From NCBI GenBank assembly GCA_963849325.1, contig CAWKHF010000002.1, positions 608,001 to 672,000 on the forward strand: a DNA stretch of 64,000 bases, read 5' to 3'. The notes under the pieces are model-generated. The model was not told the origin of the DNA. It worked only from the letters and a program-made list of their open reading frames with translations, and did no database searches. This DNA comes from an uncultured Planctomycetota bacterium. Lineage in GTDB: Bacteria > Planctomycetota > Planctomycetia > Gemmatales > Gemmataceae. Below are positions 56,020-64,000 of this stretch, one piece after another (the stretch's first letter is position 1; every line of letters begins with the position of its first letter). A program made the translations under genes and the position numbers.

Positions 56020-56106
56020 CTAGGACTTTACGGCGATGAAGACTTGTACACGGTTGACGACGAAGTAATTGCCGAGACCCGTCTTTTCTTGCGTGGCTTC
56101 GGTCAT
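56020..56106 (-). pseudogene. Displaced native 5' end of the radical SAM gene
   Basis: [16 protein letters not shown] followed by element-derived VNRVQVFIAVKS*. Confidence 0.9.
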
Positions 56107-56270
56107 CGATGCACCCTGGATCGAGGCGGGGAGGCAGGTTGGCGAGACGGCGGATACCTTCTTCTATCGTACATCGCGGGCCCGGCGAAGCAAGTCGCCG
56201 ATGCGCGGGACCAGCGGGAGACAGTCAACCCCTCTTCCCCCGATACGCCTCCGCTCCTTATTCTGACAGC

Positions 56271-57643
56271 ATGCAACGCCCTCATCTGCTGTTCGTGACG
56301 GGGAAGCTGGCCGAGCCTTCGCTGCGGCACATGCTGGACGAGCTGGCGCCGCGCCGGCTTTGACTTCAGCGTGGCCGTGCTGCCGATCACGGTCGTCGCC
56401 CTGGCCACAACCCCCTGGATTGCGCCGCCATTTGACGGTCCCTTCGGAGATCGATCGCGTCATTCTCCCCGGTCTCTGTCAGGGAGAACTGGGGCCGGTG
56501 CGCGCGTTCGGCGTTCCCGTGGAGCGCGGCCCTGGCGACCTGCGCGACCTGCCGGACTTCTTCCGCACCTCCAGAGAGCCGTGCAGCGATTACGGATCTT
56601 ACGACATCGCCATTCTCGCCGAGATCAATCACGCTCCCCGTCTGAACCGTCCGGACATCCTGCGCGAAGCCGTCGCTCTGCACGCCGACGGTGCCGACGT
56701 CATCGACATCGGCTGCGATCCGGGTTCGACGTGGGCGGGCGTCGCCGATACGGTTCGGGCGTTACGCGACGCGGGTCTGCGCGTCTCCATCGATAGTTTT
56801 GATCCGCGCGAGGTCGAGGCGGCGGTCGCCGCCGGGGCCGAACTGGTGCTGAGCGTCAACAGCAGCAATGTGTCCGCGGCTCGCTCGTGGGGCTGCGAGG
56901 TCGTCGTGCTGCCCGACGTGCTCGCCACGCTGGAAGGACTGGATGGCACCGTCGAGAAGCTACAATCCTGGGGGGTAAAGTTTCGGATCGATCCGGTGAT
57001 CGAGCCGATTGGCCTGGGCTTTGCTGCCTCGCTGGGACGCTATCTCGAAGTGCGGCGCCGTTACCCCGATGCCGAGATGCTGATGGGGGTTGGCAACCTC
57101 ACCGAGTTGACCGACGTGGATTCCGCCGGCATCAATGTGCTCCTGCTCGGCTTCTGCCAGGAAGTCGGCATTCGCAGCGTGCTGACGACGCAGGTCATCA
57201 ACTGGTGCCGCAGCTGCGTCCGCGAATTGGATCGGGCACGCCGGCTGGTGTACCATGCCTGTACGCGCCGCGTGCTGCCCAAGCACGTCGAGCCGGACCT
57301 ACTCTTGCTGCGCGATCCGAAGCTGCGCACGCATGGCGAAGCGATGCTCAGCGATTTGGCCTCCCGGATCGCGGATCGCAACTTCCGCCTGTTCGCCGAG
57401 CGCGGCCTGCTGCACGTCCTCAATAACCAGATGTTCCTGCAAGGCGGTGATCCGTTCGCGCTGTTCGAGCAGATGCAGCAGCGCGCGGACATCGATCCCG
57501 CGCACGCTTTCTATCTCGGCTACGAGATGGCCAAGGCGGTGACCGCGTTGACGCTGGGCAAGAACTACACGCAGGACCAGGCGCTGCGTTGGGGCTTTCT
57601 GACCGTGAAGGAGCGTTCCCGTCACGATGGCCCCCGTGATTGA
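56271..57643 (+). CDS. Dihydropteroate-synthase-like protein (DUF6513, pterin-binding, DUF4346; methanopterin-pathway-associated family; 5' frameshifts)
   Basis: LFVTGKLAE; GPGDLRDLP; GADVIDIGC; MGVGNLTELTDVDSAG; HAFYLGYEMAKA; GKNYTQD. Confidence 0.8.
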
Positions 57644-57655
57644 AGGAGTTCGGTT

Positions 57656-58165
57656 GTGGAGTTTTCACCGCTGGAGTTGCCGTTGACCGATCCGCGCCAC
57701 CCCTTCCACCTTCATCACATGGAGATGGCCCTGGCCGAGGCGAGCCTGGCGGACGCCGAGGACGAGGTGCCGGTCGGCGCCGTCATCGTCTCCTGGCAAC
57801 ACGGCGTCATCGGCCGGGCACACAACCAGCGCGAACAACTCACCGACCCGACGGCCCACGCCGAAATGATCGCCATCACACAAGCGGCCAGTGCCCTGCG
57901 CTCCTGGCGGTTGGAGGACTGTGCCCTGTATGTCACCCTGGAGCCGTGTCCGATGTGCGCCGGCGCCATTGTCCAGGCCCGCTTGCCGCTGGTCGTGTAC
58001 GGCTGCACGGACCCCAAGGCCGGCGCCTGCCACACGCTGTATCAGATTCCCAGCGACGCACGTCTGAACCACCGAGCCCAGGTGATCGGCGGCGTCCTGG
58101 CCGACCGCTGCGCCGCCGTCCTCAGCGATTTCTTCGCCGCCAAGCGTCGCGCCGGTAAAAAATGA
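57656..58165 (+). CDS. tadA: tRNA adenosine(34) deaminase
   Basis: [33 protein letters not shown]. Confidence 0.9.
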   Translation: MEFSPLELPLTDPRHPFHLHHMEMALAEASLADAEDEVPVGAVIVSWQHGVIGRAHNQREQLTDPTAHAEMIAITQAASALRSWRLEDCALYVTLEPCPMCAGAIVQARLPLVVYGCTDPKAGACHTLYQIPSDARLNHRAQVIGGVLADRCAAVLSDFFAAKRRAGKK

Positions 58166-58329
58166 CGCGCCGGCGCGTTCGCTTCTCTCCTCCTCTCCTT
58201 CGCACCTTCCGTGGACTTTGCGCGGCGAACGTGTTTGAGGGACCGTCGAGTTGTGGTAAAGTAGACGGGAGCCGCTTCGGCTTCGCGTTCCGACGCCAAC
58301 GGCGATGACCTCTCGCCAGGATATCCGAC

Positions 58330-60037
58330 ATGAAACGATGGGCGTTCGGCCTGCTGGGAGCGATGGTCGTTACCGCCGGTTTGGTGGTGTTGGCCGTGGC
58401 GGCGCCGCCGGATCGCTCGCAGACGTACACGACGCCGTTCCCCCCGCCGCGCGAGGTGCTCGACCGCCTCAACCTGCAAATGGGCTGGCGAACCTATGTG
58501 CCGACCGATGGGCGGCGCGATGGCCTGGCCACGGTGCAGCTGCACAACAAGGATTTGTTCGTGCAGACGCGCAGCGGGTTAGTGGTGCTGCTCGACGCCG
58601 AGACCGGCGTCATCCGCTGGCGCAGCCGCGTCGGCGTCCCCTATCGCCTGGCCCATCCGCTCACCTACAACAGCCGTGAAGTCTACGTCGTCCACAGCAC
58701 TTACCTGTTCGCTCTCGACATGCGGACGGGGATGTCGCGCTGGCACTTTCGCCTACCCGAAGGCGTCTCGGCGCCGCCGGTCGCCGACGAGAATTTCATT
58801 TTCATCGCCGCGGCGAGCGGCCGGCTCAGCGCGTATGTCCTACCCCGACCGGAGGTGCTCCCCACGCTGGCCGAGGGTGAAATCCCCGCCTACGACGTGA
58901 CCCCGGTGAAGAAGGAGACCGACGAGGAGCGCCGCCGGCGCATGGTCGCCATCAAGGGAGAACAGCCGCGCAGTACCGCCAGCGTCAGTTACCTGACGCC
59001 GTCGGCGCGCGATGCTAGCATGGATGAGGTGACGGGACCGCAGCCGAAGCGCCTGTGGACGGAGGTCACCAGTCTGCGCCTGGAGTTGCCGATCGTGTAC
59101 ACGATCGAGCACCTGCTGCTGCCGTCGCCCGGCGGTATCGTGCTGGCGATGGCCAAGGTGCCCCAGGAGGGCAGCGCGACGGCGGCCGAGAAGTATCGCT
59201 TCAACACCAACTCGACGATCCGCGTCCCAGCCGGCCATTACGAGGACATGACCTACGTCGGCACGGACGACGCCAACCTGTACGCCCTGCAAGTCTCCAA
59301 TGGCCGCGTCGTCTGGCGCTACACGGCGGGAACAGCGGTCAGCCGTCCGCCGGCCGTCACCGCCGAGGACATCTACGTCGTCGCCGAGCGCAACGGTATG
59401 ACCCGCCTGGATCGCGTCAGCGGAGAACCGCGCATCGCGCATCCCGGTTCGCGGCCGGCTGGAGGAGAGCAACGCCGCCGCGGATCGTTTCCTGGCCGCC
59501 AACCCCAAGTTCGTGTACGCGGCCGACGCCAGCGGCCGACTGCTCATCCTCGACCGCCGGCGCGGTGTCCAGCTCAGCAGCTACGATGTCACCAACTTCG
59601 TTTTCCCCGTCAGCAATGAGGTGACGGATCGGCTTTACCTCGCCGCCAACAACGGCCTGATCGTCTGCCTGCACGACCGCGAATACCAGAAGCCGATCCG
59701 TCATCGCAAGGGCGAGGAGTACGCCGAGAACCCCTTACGCATTCGGCTCGACCAGATCATCGACGACCTGGGCAGTGCCAAGATGCCCCTGAGCGATCTG
59801 CTGGCGAACTGGTCGAAGCGCTATCCACCCTTGCAGTTCCGCATCGACGAAGACGCTTTCAAGGCGGCGGAGCGGGAATCGCCGGCGCGGGCGCCCGTCG
59901 TGGCGCCGCGGGCGGACAGGAAGAAGCTGGGCGAAATCCTCAAGGCGGTGCTCGATCAGGTCAAATGCGTCTACGAGGTTCTCGACGATACGGTGATGAT
60001 CCTTCCGGCCCCGGCGGCGCCGGCGCCGGCCCCATGA
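58330..60037 (+). CDS. PQQ-like beta-propeller (BamB-like) secreted protein (frameshift near 59430)
   Basis: Signal peptide; LDAETGVIRW, ALDMRTGMSRW and YVGTDDANLYALQVSNGRVVW repeats. Confidence 0.8.
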
Positions 60038-60101
60038 TCCCATCGCGGTCGGTCTCGGCGGACGCTACCCACGAGCGACCGATAAAGGCGGGGACGGTTC
60101 G

Positions 60102-61740
60102 GTGACATGCTGGCGTCTGACGATCGCGTTGCTCCTTCTCCTGGTCGTCGGCGTTCCCCTGGTTGCGCCGGTGGCACAACTTGTGGGCGATCCGTCCGCC
60201 TGGCACATTTGGGCCGAGTCCGACCGGCTGCTCTCGCTGGCGCGCAACACCTTCTTTCTCGTTGCTGGCACGCTGGCGCTGGCCATGCCGGCGGGCATTG
60301 CCGGCGCGGTCTTGTTGTACCGTACCGACCTTCCTCTGCGCCGTCTCGGGCGCGTGCTGACGCTGCTGACGTTATTCGTGCCGCTGCCGTTGTTCGCGTC
60401 GGGTTGGCAGGCGGTGCTTGGCTCCGGCGGCTGGCTGCCGCTGCCGGCGTGGTCCGGTTCCATGTCGGCCTGGACACCCTGGGGACAGGGCATCGGCTCG
60501 GCCGTCTGGATTCACGCGGTCGCGGCGCTGCCGTGGGTAGTCCTCCTCGTCGGCCAGGGGTTGTCCTGGGTTGAGCCGGAGCTGGAAGAGGACGCGCGGA
60601 TGTTGATGCCGGCGTGGCGGGTGCTGGTCCGCGTCACGCTGCCGCGCCGGCGCGGCCATCGCTGCCGCGGCGCTGTGGGTGACTCTGCAAGCGGCCACGG
60701 AAATTACCGTCACCGACGTGATGCAGGTCCGCACCTTCGCCGAGGAAGTGTACACGCAGCTCGTCGGCGGGCCGGATGCCGACGAGGGCGTCGCTCGCGC
60801 CGTTGCGGTGACACTGCCGTTCGTGCTGCTCGTCGCCGTCGCGGTCGGCGCCGCGGCGCACTTCTGGGAGCGCCGCTTGCCGGCGCGGGCGACACTGCGG
60901 ATGCCGCCCCTGTTGTTTCGGCTGGGCCGTTGGCGCCGGCCGCTCGCCGTTCTCGTCGCCGTGCTCGGCTGTTTGCTGCTGGGGATGCCGCTGGCCAGTC
61001 TCGTCTGGCGCGCCGGCCTGGTGGGAACTCCGCCGGTCTGGTCGGCGCCGACGACGATGCAGTATCTCCTCCGCGCCTGCCGGCCGCCGGAGGGATGGTT
61101 GCTAGTGGACAGCTTGCTGTTGGCCGCCGGCTCCGGCGTACTCGTTGCCGCCGCCGGGCTGCTGGCCTGCTGGGCAGCTCGCGGCGCGCGTTGGTTCCGT
61201 ATCGGCGTCCTCGTCCTGATGGCCGTGGCCTGGACGATGCCGGGACCACTCATCGGCCTGGGACTGAAAGCGACGATTGACGGACTGCTGGAAGTCAGCG
61301 CGTCGCGTTGGCTGGCGGCGGTCCTGTACCACGGCCCTTCGCCGCTGCCTCTGATGTGGGTCGATGCCGTCCGCTTTTTTCCCTGCGCCGTCGCGGTCCT
61401 GTGGCCAGTGGTGCGTCTGCTGCCCGCCGAGCTGGGCGACGCGGCCCGCGTGGACGGGGCGACGCCGCGACAGGAGTTACGGCATGTCGTGTGGCCGCTG
61501 ACCTCGGCCGTGTGCGGTCAGGCCGCCCTGGCGGTGGCCGTGCTGTCGCTGGGCGAACTGAGCGCGGGCAAGCTCGTCGCCACGCCGGGCATGCCCGGCT
61601 ACGCCACCGAGATCTTCACGCAGATGCACTACGGCGTTACCAACGAGCTGGCCGCCCGCTGCTTGCTACTGTTGACACTGGCGGCGGCCGGAGGGATCGG
61701 CGTAGCGCGGGTCGGCCGACGTTCGCCGCTTGCGACTTAG
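60102..61740 (+). CDS. Fe3+/thiamine-type ABC transporter permease (frameshift near 60650)
   Basis: Two EAA-like loops (ELEEDARM, ELGDAARVDGA); many TM segments. Confidence 0.85.
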
Positions 61741-62813
61741 TTCTCCTCCTCTAACGGCAACTCGACCGCGACGCCGGTGCGGGCACTGCGAGCGACGGCC
61801 TCGGTGAACTCCATGTAGGCCACGCCCGTCTCGAAGTTCGTCAGCTGCACCGGCGTTCCCAGACGGATCGAATCGATGAAATCCGACTCGACCTGCCAGA
61901 CGCGGGCCTTGTCCTTGGGGATGGCGATCTCCGGCAGCGCCTCGGCCGGCGTCGCCGCGGCGCCGCGCGTTCGGCTGGCGCCGTGGATGCGGTCGTGCGT
62001 CAGATCGTAGTACAGCGCGCCCTCGCTGCCGTAGAGATGAATGCCGGCCCCGTGGCCGAACGGCGTCACGCCGCTGAGGTGATAACTGGCGCGGGCGCCG
62101 TTCTCCAGCACGGCCAGCACCTGCACGCTGTCCGGCGTTCCCACGGCGCGGCGCACGCCGCTCTCCGGGTCGATGCGCGCCGCCGTGAAGGCGTGTGCCT
62201 GGGCCGATACGCGCAACGGCGGCGGCAGCCAGCGCAACAGCGTTTCGTGGACGATGCCGAGCGTCAGCATGTTCACCCCCGACAGGGCGCCATCCTGACG
62301 CCAGGACAGGGGGGCGGCGGGGTCGGCCAGCGCGCCCGTGCGGCTGAAAACGTGGACCTCGCGCAGCTCGCCCAGGAAATGGTCGCGGAGCAACTCGCGT
62401 ACGACCCTGTCGCCTTTGAGTCCGTAGGGGCTGGGCACGATCTGACAGACCAGCTTGGGGTGATGGCGAGCGGCCTTCCGCATCTCGTGGGCCTCGGCCG
62501 CGTTCATGCTCATGCGTGCCTCGGTCAACACGTGCTTGCCGGCGGCGAGGGCGGCCAGCGTGATGGGACCATGCAGGTACGGCCAGGTGCCGACGACCAC
62601 GGCATCGATGGCGGGATCGGCGATCAGCGCCTCCCAGCGGTCGTAGGTATGCGGGATGTTGAATTCCCTTGCCACGGCGACGGTCGAGGCAGGGCGGCGG
62701 TTGCAAACCGCCACGATTTCCACGTCCGGCAAGGCCTGCAAGCCAGGGATGTGACGGAGACGAGTGTTGGCGCCGGCGCCGATCAGGCCGACGCGCAGGG
62801 TGCGGTGCGCCAT
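61737..62813 (-). CDS. Gfo/Idh/MocA oxidoreductase
   Basis: RVGLIGAG, DPAIDAVVVGT, AGKHVLTE. Confidence 0.9.
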   Translation of the reverse strand: MAHRTLRVGLIGAGANTRLRHIPGLQALPDVEIVAVCNRRPASTVAVAREFNIPHTYDRWEALIADPAIDAVVVGTWPYLHGPITLAALAAGKHVLTEARMSMNAAEAHEMRKAARHHPKLVCQIVPSPYGLKGDRVVRELLRDHFLGELREVHVFSRTGALADPAAPLSWRQDGALSGVNMLTLGIVHETLLRWLPPPLRVSAQAHAFTAARIDPESGVRRAVGTPDSVQVLAVLENGARASYHLSGVTPFGHGAGIHLYGSEGALYYDLTHDRIHGASRTRGAAATPAEALPEIAIPKDKARVWQVESDFIDSIRLGTPVQLTNFETGVAYMEFTEAVARSARTGVAVELPLEEEN

Positions 62814-62871
62814 GATGTCCTCCTTCGAGAGTCCGCAACAAAGATAACAGATCCGTTTGCCGCGGACTACG

Positions 62872-62938
62872 GTTTAGCCGCGACGCGCAACGGAGCGCGG
62901 GCGTCCTGCCCGCGCTCCGCTGCGCGTCGCGGCTAAAC
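62872..62938. repeat. REP-like palindrome, family A copy 3
   Basis: gtttagccgcgacgcgcaacggagcgcgggc / gcccgcgctccgctgcgcgtcgcggctaaac. Confidence 0.92.
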
Positions 62939-62961
62939 GAGAAGGAAGAGGTGGACCCATT

Positions 62962-63805
62962 CTACGGAGGACTGAACGAGACGAGCTTGAAGAGTTTATC
63001 GGTGAGGCTGGGCTTCTTGACCAGGGCGCCGTTGCCGGACTTATGCAAAAAGTCGGCCCACGCCTGGGCGTCGGCGGGCAGTTCCTGGCCGGTCATTTCT
63101 TGCAGCGATTCGCTGACGCGGTTGCGCAGGGCCACGTCCTGCTCGTTACGCAGCACGGCAACGAGGGCTTCGGCGGCCTGATACTGCGGGAAGTGAGCCA
63201 GGGCGCGGGCGGCGGTGATGCGCTGGTCGAGGTCCTGCTGCTGATTCTTGTCCAGGCCGGTTTCCGGCGGCATTTTCAGCACGCGGACGAGGAGATCGAC
63301 CGCGGCCGGATTGCCGTTGACGCCGAGGGCGGCCAGCGCCTGGCACTCGATGACGGCGGTCGTCTCGGGGTGCTCGTTCTTGAACGAGCCGGCCCGCACA
63401 TAGGCGTCCATGAGGGCCGGAGCGGCGCGCGGATCCTTGAACTGTTGCAGCGAATGGATGGCCGCCAGGCGGCACAACGGCTGCGGATCGCGGGTGGCGG
63501 CGTCAATCAGCACCTGGACGATCACGTCCTGCTCTTGCCGCGTGCCGCCCTGCTGCAGCGGCTCGCGCAGGGCGCGCAGGGCCTTGCTCTTCTTGTCGCC
63601 ATCGTTGCTGTTGCGGATGACCCACAGCGGATCGGGGGCGGGCTTGAACAGGTCCTTGAACTTGAACTCGCGGCTGGTGACGTCGTCCCAGAAGCCGGCG
63701 CAGCCGCTCAGGCCGAGGCAGGCGACGACCGACAGCATCAGCGCCGGCGCAGCGCCACAGCGGATGGACGGCCGATGGCTGGCGATCGCCTTGCTGGTCG
63801 TACAT
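62962..63805 (-). CDS. HEAT-repeat lipoprotein (start uncertain)
   Basis: Lipobox LSGC; HEAT-like CRLAAIHSL, RITAARAL, DVALRNRVSESLQEMTG. Confidence 0.75.
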
Positions 63806-64000
63806 CCACTGGCTCCCTCCCTTTCCCACGCCCCACCGCCCCTCCCGCTATCCCCGGCGCCGTCTCGCGTTGCACAGCGGACGACGAACCGAAGACATCG
63901 CGCAGTCCCGGCCGAGGGAACGGGAGGGCGGGGTATAACGTCTGGCTCCGGACGCGGCAAGAGCGAATAATCGTCCCCATCGGACCAGGAAACCGGACAG

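Larger units (their letters stand above)
51763..56067. mobile_element. Integrative mini-element (integrase, excisionase, Rep-like gene, repeat arrays) in the 5' end of the radical SAM gene
   Basis: Direct core CGACGAAGTA at 51763-51772 and 56058-56067 within ~30 bp of imperfect similarity; visibly lower GC; arm-type repeats at both ends; displaced gene start at 56106. Confidence 0.92.

Noticed and set aside
51763-56067. Prophage
   Set aside because: No structural, terminase or lysis genes; only 4.3 kb.

Overview
High-GC bacterial DNA with strong Planctomycetota (Gemmataceae-like) hallmarks: DUF1559 prepilin-like genes, a DUF1549/DUF1553 protein, 'LEDR'-motif secreted proteins, ECF sigma factors and many REP-like palindromes. 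Many conserved genes are split by single-base indels, most likely long-read assembly errors, so gene coordinates often join several ORF-track fragments. Highlights: (1) a 4.3-kb lower-GC integrative element (51763-56067) with a tyrosine integrase, an excisionase, a HUH/Rep-like protein, arm-type repeats and two tandem-repeat arrays. It sits in the 5' end of a HemN-like radical SAM gene, supplies a synonymously recoded replacement N-terminus, and separates an ~11-kb operon from its native upstream region. (2) That operon (40460-51811, minus strand) looks like an uncharacterised terpenoid/lipid pathway: radical SAM, GcvH-like carrier, ferredoxin, class II terpene cyclase, DUF116-polyprenyl synthase, chorismate-lyase-like protein, MFS, GT4 and thioesterase. 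(3) A second, integrase-less 861-bp islet duplicates the 3' end of a THUMP methyltransferase gene. (4) A glucose-6-phosphate isomerase paralog has systematically substituted catalytic residues. (5) Two divergent DUF1559 paralogs share a conserved promoter and leader hairpin. No rRNA, tRNA or CRISPR array was recognised. All family assignments come from motif recognition by eye; no database searches were run.
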